A stretch of 46,102 nt of DNA from Bacteriovoracia bacterium (GTDB taxonomy: Bacteria > Bdellovibrionota > Bacteriovoracia > Bacteriovoracales > Bacteriovoracaceae): contig JBKHVI010000017.1 in assembly GCA_046570105.1 (NCBI GenBank), positions 1 through 46,102 on the forward strand, in the 5' to 3' direction. The position numbers were made by a program, and so were the translations under genes. Positions within the stretch are counted from its first letter, which is position 1; the number at the start of each line of letters is the position of its first letter. The notes beneath the pieces are model-generated. The model was not told the DNA's origin and did no database searches. It saw nothing but the letters and a program-made list of their open reading frames with translations. Positions 18,720-28,299 of this stretch are shown here, one piece after another.

Positions 18720-19739
18720 ATGAAACTTACTCAAACAGTCCAAAAGGGCGGTTGTGCCGCCAAAGTCCCAGCAATAATTTTGCGTGAAATTTTGTCTGGG
18801 CTTAAATTCCCTCCCCTTATTCCTGGCGTAGCAGTTGATGGAGCACTGTTTGATGATGCCGCCATTTTTAATATTTCAGAAGAAGTGGCCTTAGTTCAAA
18901 CACTCGATTTTTTTACACCTATTCTTGATGATCCTTACGATTTTGGTGCCGTAGCAGCTGTCAATGCTATCAGCGATGTCTATGCGATGGGTGGCAAGCC
19001 TAAAACAGCGATGGCAATTCTAGCGGCACCACTCGCGGTCTTAGAACCAAGCGTGATTCAACAAGTGCTTCAGGGTGCCAGTGACAAAATAGCTGAAGCC
19101 CAATGCTCTCTAGTAGGCGGTCACTCCATCGACGATGACACACTTAAATTTGGTCTCTCTGTCACCGGCGTGATTCATCCCCAAAAGGTTTGGAAAAACG
19201 ATGGGGCCAAAGTGGGTGATGTTCTTATCCTCACAAAACCCCTAGGCACTGGAACTCTTTGTGCCGGACTCAAACGCGGCAGCTACACTCAAGCAGACAT
19301 TCAAGATGCCATTGATTCCATGAAGACCTTAAATAATGTTATCGATTATGTGAGTGATGGAATCCATGCGGCCACCGATATTACCGGCTTTGGCCTTGCA
19401 GGACACTCGGTACAGATGTCTCGGGCCTCACAAACTCAACTTCATTTTGATTTTACCGCTCTCCCACTCTTTAAAAAAGTTTGGGAATCACTTGAGAAAG
19501 GTCATCTCACCAAAGCCCATCGATCAAACAAAGAATACACGCAAAATGAATTGATCTGTGATGATCTAACCGAGCTACAAACGAATGTGCTCTTTGACCC
19601 CCAAACCAGCGGTGGACTTCTTTTAAGTGTCGCTTCCGACAAAGCTGAAGCCATTTTAGATTTAATTAGGCCATATTTTAGTAGCGCAGCGATTGTTGGA
19701 AATGTTCAACGAGGATCTGGCGTTCATGTATCAAGATAG
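18720..19739 (+). CDS. selD: Selenide, water dikinase (selenophosphate synthetase), Cys form
   Basis: GGCAAK, DDAA, QTLDFFTP, NAISDVYAMGG, GGHSI, TDITGFGLAGH and DPQTSGGLL. Confidence 0.95.
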   Translation: MKLTQTVQKGGCAAKVPAIILREILSGLKFPPLIPGVAVDGALFDDAAIFNISEEVALVQTLDFFTPILDDPYDFGAVAAVNAISDVYAMGGKPKTAMAILAAPLAVLEPSVIQQVLQGASDKIAEAQCSLVGGHSIDDDTLKFGLSVTGVIHPQKVWKNDGAKVGDVLILTKPLGTGTLCAGLKRGSYTQADIQDAIDSMKTLNNVIDYVSDGIHAATDITGFGLAGHSVQMSRASQTQLHFDFTALPLFKKVWESLEKGHLTKAHRSNKEYTQNELICDDLTELQTNVLFDPQTSGGLLLSVASDKAEAILDLIRPYFSSAAIVGNVQRGSGVHVSR

Positions 19740-20732
19740 AGAGTTAATTGAAATCTTTTTGCATAAACTCCGCTCATAGATGTCCGTGCACCTATTGAAT
19801 ACAACGCAGGAATAATTCCCTATTCAGTTAATCTCCCCTTGATGACAGATAGCGAGCGTCACCAAGTAGGAATTTGCTACAAAGAAAAAGGACAGCAGGC
19901 GGCCATCGATCTTGGTCACCAACTTGTATCAGGCGATATTAAAGAAGCACGTATCAAGGCCTGGCTTAAATTTTTACAATTAAACCCAGAGGCACAAGTC
20001 TTCTGTTTTCGTGGAGGGCTTCGCTCACAAATCAGTTGCCAATGGATGACCGATAATGGAATTGCTCGCAAGCCTATCGTGGGTGGTTACAAGCGCTTAC
20101 GTCAATTTTTCTTGGCATGGTTAGAAATCGCTCCCCTCCCTCGTCTTTTACGAATCGCAGGTCCTACTGGTTCAGGTAAAACCCAATTTTTAACAAAACT
20201 CCCCAATCGGATTGATCTAGAAGATTTGGCACATCATCGCGGCTCGGCTTTTGGTCAACTTGGTCTACAGCCCTCGCAAATTACCTTCGAAAATAATCTC
20301 GCGCTCGGTCTTATCAACCAAGATTTTCTTTATATCGAAGATGAGTCATCACACCTTGGTGATATAAGGCTACCTAATCGCTTTTACCAACACTTAAGAC
20401 TATCTCCAATGGTGGTCTTGCGAGTTCCTATGGAAGAGAGAGTCCGAAATATTTTTAAGGATTATGTTTTGGAAAGGGACCAGGCCTTCTTTATCAATGC
20501 AACCCAAAAAATTGCAAAAAAATTAGGTGGCGAGAGGACTGATCGTCTCATGAAACTTATAGAGCGCGGGTTTCTTGAGCAGACGATTGAGTCTCATGCT
20601 CCTTGGATAAAATTACTACTGTCCGAGTACTATGACCCAATGTACGAAAAAGACTTGGCACGACAAAAATCTTTGATCATCCACGAAGGTAACTCAGAAG
20701 AACTTGCTTCATTTTTGCGCAAACGGCAGTGA
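19726..20732 (+). pseudogene. mnmH: tRNA 2-selenouridine synthase, frameshifted near the N-terminus
   Basis: ATG 19726 (SD GAGGA) gives MYQDRELIEIFLHK. The -1 frame from 19767 continues TPLIDVRAPIEY, rhodanese CFRGGLRS, P-loop GPTGSGKT and DLEDLAHHRGSAFG. Confidence 0.85.
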
Positions 20733-21806
20733 TAGCGCTAAGACATCACAGGTGTTCGAGACCATTTTTTTTTCTTGAATCAAAAATCTCCCTACCGCTT
20801 CATGCAATCCCGAATGACTCATGCCATGGGCAGAGAGAATAATTGTCGGTACAAAGCCGCGAGCAATTTTATGTTCACCTTGCGCACCGGCCTCAAAAAC
20901 CCTGAGTTTATTTTTCAATGTGAAATCGATTCCCTGATAGTAACAAAGTTCAAAATGTAAAAACTCACGCTCTTCCCGACACCCCCAATAACGGCCATAT
21001 AACTTATCTCCTTTGTAGAAGAAAAGTGCTTCCGCGATGTCGGTTCTCACTAACAAAACACGATGCTTCATACGTTCAACTATTAGCTTGAAAAATTCTT
21101 CGTTGAGATACCCAAAGGCATTTTTGTCTTGAATCGTATTCTTGTATAGCGGATAAAAAGTTTCGCCGTCTTTTGCCGACAATTCTGCACCAGTCAGCTG
21201 TTCAACTTTCATATCATTTAAAGCGGCCCGTTCTTTTTTGAGTGTTTTGGCCTTTTTAGTTCGAAGCTTTGTAAGATAGTCAGCGAAGTCGACAAAGCCA
21301 GAATTCACAAAATGATATTGAAAACTATGCCGCTCCAATAGCTGTCCCGCGAAGGCATGCACTTCATTGCTATCCAGAAACAAACTATGAAAAGATGAGA
21401 CGCGCATGCTACGCCAAAGTTTCATTAACTCATCCACCAGCACTGTCTGCCACTTCTCATCAATGTACAAAAGCTTTCGTGCACTCGCTGGAGTAAAAGG
21501 AGCTGCCATTAAAAGCTTGGGATAATAAGCTAATCCCGCTTGTTCAGCGGCCTCGGCCCATGACCAATCAAAAATGTACTCTCCATAGCTATGAAATTTC
21601 ACATAGACTACTGCCGCCGCGACTAGATCAGTCGTACGAATCGTTAGATAAATCGGTCGCCAACCAGCTTTATCGCCAATCACGCCCGAATCTTCTAAGG
21701 AAGAATGGAATTCATAATCCTGAAATGGAGAATGAGGATCTTCCAACTTACGCCATTCCTCGATGGGAATTTCATAAATCGAGCTATGGTGATGACAGCT
21801 ATACAT
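20709..21806 (-). CDS. FemAB-like GNAT family protein (DUF482)
   Basis: KFHSYGEYIFDWSWA, YYPKL, LYGRYWG, LHFELCYYQGI and FEAGAQGEHKIARGF. Confidence 0.92.
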   Translation of the reverse strand: MYSCHHHSSIYEIPIEEWRKLEDPHSPFQDYEFHSSLEDSGVIGDKAGWRPIYLTIRTTDLVAAAVVYVKFHSYGEYIFDWSWAEAAEQAGLAYYPKLLMAAPFTPASARKLLYIDEKWQTVLVDELMKLWRSMRVSSFHSLFLDSNEVHAFAGQLLERHSFQYHFVNSGFVDFADYLTKLRTKKAKTLKKERAALNDMKVEQLTGAELSAKDGETFYPLYKNTIQDKNAFGYLNEEFFKLIVERMKHRVLLVRTDIAEALFFYKGDKLYGRYWGCREEREFLHFELCYYQGIDFTLKNKLRVFEAGAQGEHKIARGFVPTIILSAHGMSHSGLHEAVGRFLIQEKKMVSNTCDVLALSLPFAQK

Positions 21807-22047
21807 CGTTTGAGCTTAGCAAAAACTTTGAGGATTAGCTTACAGAAGTCATCTGAGATTAGGATGTCTAACAGAAATTATCCAAACGAATCAGTCGACT
21901 TTAACGCTTGTTTAAGAGCTCTGGGGCCAAATCTAAGCTGAATTCTTTTTCTTAACGTTAACTTTTCAACACAATTTTTTTTTTATGATTATTATGAGTG
22001 CAACTATTTAAAGATTGTTGCCTAAAAATAATAGTCTTTAAACTTCT

Positions 22048-22081
22048 ACTGGCCTTGGAATTTAAAACCTCCAAGGCCAGT
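22048..22081 (-). terminator. Hairpin/terminator after the MGMT-like gene
   Basis: ACTGGCCTTGGA-N10-TCCAAGGCCAGT, a perfect 12-bp stem directly after the stop. Confidence 0.65.
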
Positions 22082-22405
22082 CTATTTACTCCACTGAAAT
22101 TGTGTCAGATCGATTTTTCCATTCTCATTCAATTCAACTCCCTCACTTTCAAGTAGTTTTTTTTGTTTGAGATAGTTGGGTGACATTTCTGGAAATGAAA
22201 TCTTTCCCTTGGCATTAATCACTCTATGCCAAGGGAGATCTTTTAAAATTGAACTTGAGTGAAGAATCCAAACTACTCCACGAGTACCGTTTGGATTACC
22301 TGCGAGGCGAGCAATTTGAGAGTATGTCGCCACTTTCCCTTTCGGGATTTTCTTAAGAGTGGCGACAACTCGTTGACTAAACTCGGTTGCCAAAAACTTT
22401 CGCAT
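22082..22405 (-). CDS. Alkyltransferase-like (ATL/MGMT family) protein
   Basis: IPKGKVATYSQIA and PWHRVIN (Trp in place of the catalytic Cys, as in ATL proteins). Confidence 0.9.
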   Translation of the reverse strand: MRKFLATEFSQRVVATLKKIPKGKVATYSQIARLAGNPNGTRGVVWILHSSSILKDLPWHRVINAKGKISFPEMSPNYLKQKKLLESEGVELNENGKIDLTQFQWSK

Positions 22406-22808
22406 CTATTGAGAAGCGACCTGGTCCTTGAACGACAAAGTAAACAGCAAATAAAAGATAGAGCACCGCCATCTCATACGCGCCACCTTGGCCTGTACTG
22501 ATGAATGGATCTTTTAAAACTACTGCATGAAAGAGCGCTGCGACCACCATAGTTATAGCAATACCAAGAGAGGCCAAGCGAGTGACTAGACCAATAGCTA
22601 AAGCGATACCGCCGCCAAATTCTGAAAAAGCCGCTAAGAACTGGAAGAAGCCAGGAACTGGAGAATCAGGACCCATCCAACTCATGGGATTTTGAATTTT
22701 ACCCCACCCATGGGCCGCCATAGCGTATCCCACTACTAAGCGAGTTATGAGCATTACAACTTCCGTGTCGACAGCAATCAAGCGAGTCGAAAAACACTTT
22801 TTAAACAT
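22377..22808 (-). CDS. DoxX family membrane protein
   Basis: RLVVG...HGWGK, EFGGG, GLVTRLAS and GPGRFSID. Confidence 0.9.
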   Translation of the reverse strand: MFKKCFSTRLIAVDTEVVMLITRLVVGYAMAAHGWGKIQNPMSWMGPDSPVPGFFQFLAAFSEFGGGIALAIGLVTRLASLGIAITMVVAALFHAVVLKDPFISTGQGGAYEMAVLYLLFAVYFVVQGPGRFSIDAKVFGNRV

Positions 22809-22817
22809 GATCTCTCC

Positions 22818-23213
22818 TTAATCAGGTTGAATGAAACAATTCACATCCGAAGTCCAACAACGTTCTTCTACACAAAATTCTCTTTGAATCTTAATTTCAT
22901 TTTTTAGTACCAACAAACTACGAATAACCTCACCTCTTCCAGAACTCTCACGAGCACCATGAGCAGCAAATCCCCAAGTCGCCTGGGTAAAAGACAAATG
23001 AGGAGTTACCAGAAAATCATGACGTCTTGGAGTAAAAATCTGTACTAAGACATCCCCACCGACACGATTGATGAAATCCACCGTGCATTTCTCTTGCATA
23101 CGATTAGTGCCTTGATATTCATCAAAGCGGATATAGGACTTAAGTGTTTGTACGGCGTTGGCAAAGGCGTGGGTGTTGATGAAAAGCAGAGATAAATAGA
23201 CTAATTTCTTCAT
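22818..23213 (-). CDS. Exported hypothetical protein
   Basis: Signal peptide MKKLVYLSLLFINTHAFA. Confidence 0.75.
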   Translation of the reverse strand: MKKLVYLSLLFINTHAFANAVQTLKSYIRFDEYQGTNRMQEKCTVDFINRVGGDVLVQIFTPRRHDFLVTPHLSFTQATWGFAAHGARESSGRGEVIRSLLVLKNEIKIQREFCVEERCWTSDVNCFIQPD

Positions 23214-23256
23214 GAAATTAGTCTAAATAAGGTTTAATGACTTTGAAAACAAATAT

Positions 23257-23706
23257 CTAGGTCGTTGAGTCGTAAGAGATATACAGAACAGTACCGTTGG
23301 TGAAGTAAAGATCCATGCTCTCTGTTGAACAGTATTCGCTATAGCCTTCAGCGCCGTCCCAGTAGTAACCCAAGGCCGCTTTTAATTGCTTCGACTGTTG
23401 AAGTTTCTTTAAAATTTTGATGGCTTCATTTGAATCAGCGAAAATAGTAAACGCATCAGCATAATTGACGACGTTAGCACGACCAATCACTGGGCTATAC
23501 TTGCACTCACTATCTTTAATAGACGCGAACAAGTTACGGATCACTTTATTGTAATTAAAAGCGGCCACAACGTATTTTTCGATGGTCGCTTCGCCACCGT
23601 TAGATCCAACTTCGGCAAGTGAGGCAAGCTTAGCAATATCTTTATCAAGTTGAGAGGCATGGGCCGAAACAGAAACAATCATCGCTAGTAATAGGATAAA
23701 ACGCAT
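23257..23706 (-). CDS. Exported hypothetical protein
   Basis: SD AAGGGGG; signal peptide MRFILLLAMIVSVSAHA. Confidence 0.75.
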   Translation of the reverse strand: MRFILLLAMIVSVSAHASQLDKDIAKLASLAEVGSNGGEATIEKYVVAAFNYNKVIRNLFASIKDSECKYSPVIGRANVVNYADAFTIFADSNEAIKILKKLQQSKQLKAALGYYWDGAEGYSEYCSTESMDLYFTNGTVLYISYDSTT

Positions 23707-23783
23707 AGAACCCCCTTAAATATGGGGCGAACATACGAAACTCCCTTCAGTTGGGCAAATTTGAGAATTGGGCAGGTAATTTT

Positions 23784-24938
23784 TTACTCAACACTGACCC
23801 CATTACCCTCATACAACTCCCCGTTTTTCTGCCATAGACGGCAGATAGGAATCATGAGGCTGTAGCCCTCACCCAGCGGATAGCTTCTGGGCTCACCCAC
23901 CCCACCATGAGTTTTACTCCCTATTAGGCCGGCCCGTTTTTCATGTTTTAAAACACCTGCAACGATTTCACAGGATGAAAAGCAGCCCGCTCCAACTAAG
24001 ACTTGCAGTTTATTGTCCAAAACCTTGGCCTCAACAGGTTTAGTTAGATAATCCACTTTTACGCTATCCCAGCGCTTAAAAGGAAAGGTTTGATACAACT
24101 TTTTCCAAATGCCAGGTTGAGTTTGGGCAAGATATTGGTAGTGAAAAACCTCTACCGGCTTTGAGAAAAATGTTTGCAAGACGTGCATCACTTCCTCATC
24201 CCCTCCGCCACTATTATTTCGTAAATCCAATTCGACCTGGTCATCGACCTTTACTTCTGCAATCACTTTGTCCCATTGCATTTTAAAATTTTTGACCATT
24301 TCTTTGCGTGAAAGATTCTTACCTTCTGTGCACCAAAAATTCCGCAAGGTGATTTTGTATAATCCTGAGTTTATCCGCTCGCCAGATACACAGGGAGGAA
24401 AGCGATCCTTTACTACCCAAGTTAACTCATAATCTGAGCCCTTAATTTTAACTGTTTTAATAAAGGGATGAGTGCTCTCTTGAAGTGAATTCAATAAGCG
24501 AAAACGCCGGCCATGTGAACTAGAGGCCGCCACCTTCAATGACTGGGAGTTGAGCCAATCATTTAGTGCTACACCATCAACCGACGAAATCGCATAACGA
24601 CCAGGTTTCAGTGTCGGTTTACAAGTAGGACACGCTAAGACTTCTTCCGTCGCAAAGTCTATGACCATACCGCTCTCATATGTGATCACTGGCCAGGAAT
24701 AATGTTCAAGTTTTATGTGACCATCACCTAATTCATTAAGCAGAGTCACAACATCAGATTCCGAGTTTTTGTTTAAGGATTTTTTTCTAAGCAGTTTCTC
24801 TAAACGGGCAATGACCTCTCGTTTATGAATCTCATTGACTTCGATATTGGCATATTTGTTTTTGAGTAAATGAATCAACTCTACTTCGGGGGCACGAGAG
24901 CAGGCAGCAACCATGAGGAATAAAATAATTAAACGCAT
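23784..24938 (-). CDS. S41 family peptidase, lipoprotein
   Basis: Lipobox VAAC; LGDGH, LDLRNNSGG, FSSCE, IGSKTHG and EGNGV. Confidence 0.85.
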   Translation of the reverse strand: MRLIILFLMVAACSRAPEVELIHLLKNKYANIEVNEIHKREVIARLEKLLRKKSLNKNSESDVVTLLNELGDGHIKLEHYSWPVITYESGMVIDFATEEVLACPTCKPTLKPGRYAISSVDGVALNDWLNSQSLKVAASSSHGRRFRLLNSLQESTHPFIKTVKIKGSDYELTWVVKDRFPPCVSGERINSGLYKITLRNFWCTEGKNLSRKEMVKNFKMQWDKVIAEVKVDDQVELDLRNNSGGGDEEVMHVLQTFFSKPVEVFHYQYLAQTQPGIWKKLYQTFPFKRWDSVKVDYLTKPVEAKVLDNKLQVLVGAGCFSSCEIVAGVLKHEKRAGLIGSKTHGGVGEPRSYPLGEGYSLMIPICRLWQKNGELYEGNGVSVE

Positions 24939-24957
24939 CCTTATATGAAAGCATGGA

Positions 24958-25695
24958 TTAGTGTTTTTCAGCAATACCCATATAGGAAAGCAGCAAGGAA
25001 GAACATAGTTTAAAGCGCAGTCCTTGCGGAACAATCCCCGTCAAAAGACTCTTAAAGGTGATTGTTCGCAAACTAGGCCTAATTCCTACCATCTCTTTCA
25101 CTTGCAGGTTTGCTTTGTGGCAATAGTCATTGAGTTCGGCTGGTTTAATAAATAAGCGAATGACATGCATATTTTTAGGAGTGTTTTTTACCACCCACTC
25201 TACAAATTTGATGATAATCAAATGTGCCAAAAGATTTCGATTGAAAGTGTGAAAAATGAAAATACCACCTGGCTTTAACACCCTTGAAAATTCTTTGATC
25301 ACTCGCTCGGGATCTTCAATATGTTCTAAAAAATCCATCGCCGTTACGACTTCAAAACTTTCATCCGGAAAAGGTAAATGATAAGCATCGGCCGTTTGAT
25401 AGATGACAGAACCAGTCTTATCAAAGCGCTTGGCCACATTAATGCTTTCCTGAGAAATATCTACCCCGGTCACACTAAGACCATGAAGCGCCAACTCATT
25501 ACTTAAAAAACCCGCCCCACAACCAACATCTAATACCCGCGCCTTTCCGTGAAGATGCTTATGCTTTGTAATTTGCGCAAGCGTCCACGGTGTTTTAGCT
25601 TTTGATTCGGCCCGCAACAGCGCAATCGGATCATCGTCTGCGGTATACCAGCGGTCGCCGTATTCATGATAAATATCGTTATTCACTTTTTGCAT
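24958..25695 (-). CDS. UbiG-like SAM-dependent O-methyltransferase
   Basis: VLDVGCGAGFLSN, MDFLEH and RVLKPGGIFIFHTFNRN. Start MQKVNN (25695) overlaps the upstream gene. Confidence 0.85.
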   Translation of the reverse strand: MQKVNNDIYHEYGDRWYTADDDPIALLRAESKAKTPWTLAQITKHKHLHGKARVLDVGCGAGFLSNELALHGLSVTGVDISQESINVAKRFDKTGSVIYQTADAYHLPFPDESFEVVTAMDFLEHIEDPERVIKEFSRVLKPGGIFIFHTFNRNLLAHLIIIKFVEWVVKNTPKNMHVIRLFIKPAELNDYCHKANLQVKEMVGIRPSLRTITFKSLLTGIVPQGLRFKLCSSLLLSYMGIAEKH

Positions 25696-26119
25696 ATCGG
25701 CTCCAATAAATGATCTGATAAAGCATAAAGCCGCCAACGACGAGTGGCTGTAAAAAGAGGAAATCAACAGATAAGTCTTGATACCAAATCACTCCTGCGC
25801 AGAAAAAAGTGATAGGGTGTAGTACAAACAATAGGGCATGCAGCCAGTTTTCACTTGGCTCGCAGCGCTCACTATGCACGAACTCATCTTTGGTTATTAA
25901 CAGACAAGAAAAAAAACTGAGTCCAGCATAGATAGTAATGTTTTTAAGTGTCGGTAAGGTTAACAATAAGAAAAGATAGCAAAGCAAAACGGAAAAGGAA
26001 TCGATGGGATGCCCTACTCTTTCCCAACGGGGCAATCCTCTTTTGCGATGAAAATAGAATTCATCAACAAACATCGCTGTGGCCTGAAGAGCAATTGGGA
26101 TGATTAATAAATAAATCAT
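25679..26119 (-). CDS. Membrane protein with a duplicated DE-x-H / E-xxx-H motif
   Basis: About five TM helices; DEFYFHRKRGLPRWERVGH and DEFVHSERCEPSENWLH. Confidence 0.8.
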   Translation of the reverse strand: MIYLLIIPIALQATAMFVDEFYFHRKRGLPRWERVGHPIDSFSVLLCYLFLLLTLPTLKNITIYAGLSFFSCLLITKDEFVHSERCEPSENWLHALLFVLHPITFFCAGVIWYQDLSVDFLFLQPLVVGGFMLYQIIYWSRYAKSE

Positions 26120-27255
26120 TATACCACCTCAAAAACCGATCCAAACATGGTTAATCCCGGACCAAAAGCATAGCTCGTTACCTTTGTTCCTGTGGGGTAA
26201 TCTTTGGACAATATGAGTTCCCAGACATGAGGCAAAGTTGCCGAAGACATGTTTCCTCGCTCAAACAAGACCTGCTTACTCTCACTGACTTGTTCATTAG
26301 ATAATTCTAAGACATCTTGAACCGCTTCAATTATTTTTGGACCACCCGGGTGAATAGCAAAGATTCCCGCCATCATATCTGTATAGCTAATTCCAGCCTT
26401 CTTGATCAGCTCTTCAGTGAACTCAACGATTGAGCCCTTGATCTTACCTGGAACTTCACGTGACAAATTCATTGTCATCCCATGAGCAGCAGGCATCCAA
26501 CTCATATCGTGCTGCGAATCGGGTAAAACCTTTTCATGAATGGCCAAAAGTTTGAACCCCTTGTTAGGCTGCTGGGTTGAGGCCGTATACTTAATATGCC
26601 CATCGGCAAATAACGTCTGCACAACCATTTGCTCGGGATTATGCATTTGCGGATTCATATGCAAACTGCACATCTCATTGTGTGCGACATCAACATTAAA
26701 TTCATCGTTAAGTTCTGCGAGGACAAGGCCAGCTGCGATGCGAATGGCGGGTAAAGCAGCATAACAGCCCATATGATAGGCATGAGAGATCGCTGTCTCT
26801 GCACCCCACATTTTGTCGGCAACAACTAGCTGGGCGGCACTAGGTGAAACATAACCAGTACAGGTTACATGAATAAGGTGGTCTGGGCGTTGTACTTGTT
26901 TGGTTAAATCGTAAAACTTGGCAAAGACTTCTTGTGCTTTTTCGGCAAAGAACAAAGCTCGTTGCTGAATATCAACTCCGCTGGGAGCTTTCTCATTGAG
27001 TTGATAGATCTGGCTTTGCTCTGAGGATGATTTCAATATATCGCTAGATTCACTATATCGACTGCCAATTTGCTCAGGCTTAACACCAATACGGCGAAAC
27101 ATTTTTTCCATCAATTCACTATCCATCGCTGTGGAAGTAGCTTGAAGTGATTCTGACTTTTGATGAATATTGATCAACCAATCGATGATATCGGCCTGGG
27201 CCATGCGGTATTGCGGCAATATAGGTTGAAAGTTGAAAAGGTAGATTGCACGCAT
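26119..27255 (-). CDS. Type III polyketide synthase (chalcone synthase-like)
   Basis: HVTCTG; catalytic Cys in MGCYAA; LFADG; His in HPGGPKI; Asn in GNMSSAT; AFGPGLT. Confidence 0.92.
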   Translation of the reverse strand: MRAIYLFNFQPILPQYRMAQADIIDWLINIHQKSESLQATSTAMDSELMEKMFRRIGVKPEQIGSRYSESSDILKSSSEQSQIYQLNEKAPSGVDIQQRALFFAEKAQEVFAKFYDLTKQVQRPDHLIHVTCTGYVSPSAAQLVVADKMWGAETAISHAYHMGCYAALPAIRIAAGLVLAELNDEFNVDVAHNEMCSLHMNPQMHNPEQMVVQTLFADGHIKYTASTQQPNKGFKLLAIHEKVLPDSQHDMSWMPAAHGMTMNLSREVPGKIKGSIVEFTEELIKKAGISYTDMMAGIFAIHPGGPKIIEAVQDVLELSNEQVSESKQVLFERGNMSSATLPHVWELILSKDYPTGTKVTSYAFGPGLTMFGSVFEVV

Positions 27256-27356
27256 AAGAGTCCCTGGCTAAGGCATTCACTCTTTATGGCATACAACTGA
27301 GCTAGACTGATAGATATTTGTCTTAAACGAGCATAAAACTGGCAAAAATATCCCAG

Positions 27357-27767
27357 TTAATTAACAAATGTTCGCAAATAATTAATGATATCTTCTCTAT
27401 CCCTATGATCTAGTGGTGCTCGCCACCCAGGCATCTCACCTTGCAGCTGAGAAATGCTAAGATAGAACTCAAAATGGGCCACTTCTTTCAGCGTTCTTTG
27501 CAGATTGGCAGGTTGTACTTTTTGCTGTTTCGCTAAATGGCCATCACCCCTGCCTCGCTCACCATGGCACTCAAGACAATTCTTCTTATAGAGTTCTTGA
27601 CCTCGCAGAATACTGTCTTTGAGCATTTCTTTTTTTACGATAGTTGGTTTGGGTGAAGAAAGTGGTACGATACCATGTCGCATTTGTCGAGTATCATAGG
27701 CTTCACGTTCAACGGTATTTAAACGCGAACAACTTAAAACCAAAAAAACCAACAGAAAAAATTTCAT
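27357..27767 (-). CDS. Monoheme c-type cytochrome lipoprotein
   Basis: Lipobox LSC; GQELYKKNCLECHG; axial Met in EMPGW. Confidence 0.88.
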   Translation of the reverse strand: MKFFLLVFLVLSCSRLNTVEREAYDTRQMRHGIVPLSSPKPTIVKKEMLKDSILRGQELYKKNCLECHGERGRGDGHLAKQQKVQPANLQRTLKEVAHFEFYLSISQLQGEMPGWRAPLDHRDREDIINYLRTFVN

Positions 27768-27768
27768 C

Positions 27769-28194
27769 TTAATCCTTTAGATCGCTTCGTTCTCGCGCAT
27801 TTGGCATCAGGAGCTCAACTAAGGCATTCAATGCATCAGTCGTCGTAAAGATTCCATATAATGAATTATCATCATCTAGGATAATCGCTGAGCCAATTTT
27901 TAGTGAAGATAATTTATAGGCAACAGCTCCTAAACTATCATTCCTGTAAGCCGTCAGAAGTGAAGTATGCATAATATCTTCTACCAATAATTTTTCACTC
28001 CAGGGCCTTGTTATGAAAGTAACAATGTCTCTTTCTGAGATAATGCCTACGACTGACGATCCATGGATGACTGGCAAGTGCCTAATCTTATGGGTCTGCA
28101 TTAAATCGAAGGCACTGCCCAGAGACTCACCCGACGTGATAGTGTGGACAATAGGACTGGTAAATTCTTCGACAGTTAGATCATTAAAACTCAT
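27769..28194 (-). CDS. CBS domain-containing protein
   Basis: MQTHKIRHLPV...GIISERD and KIGSA...LYGIFTTTDAL; paralog of 17567-17971. Confidence 0.9.
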   Translation of the reverse strand: MSFNDLTVEEFTSPIVHTITSGESLGSAFDLMQTHKIRHLPVIHGSSVVGIISERDIVTFITRPWSEKLLVEDIMHTSLLTAYRNDSLGAVAYKLSSLKIGSAIILDDDNSLYGIFTTTDALNALVELLMPNARERSDLKD

Positions 28195-28210
28195 ATTCCC
28201 CCCGCAATTT

Positions 28211-28280
28211 AATGTGTCATAATCTACTTTTATAAAAACTGATTTGGCTCAGCTTTTTTTTAGAATTTGTGCTGTAACCT
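28211..28280. promoter_or_regulatory. FNR/CRP-family box between divergent promoters
   Basis: CTGAT-ttgg-CTCAG (28239-28252) is centred at -41.5 from both TAACCT (+, 28275-28280) and CACATT (-, 28211-28216). Confidence 0.5.
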
Positions 28281-28299
28281 CAGAGTTAAGAGGATATTT

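Noticed and set aside
18720..18770. Selenocysteine (UGA) in SelD
   Set aside because: The active-site codon is TGT (GGCAAK); there is no in-frame TGA, and no selA, selB or selC in the window.
21820..22047. ncRNA or small gene in the AT-rich gap with a T10 run
   Set aside because: Only a 25-codon ORF without a convincing SD, and no recognisable RNA structure.
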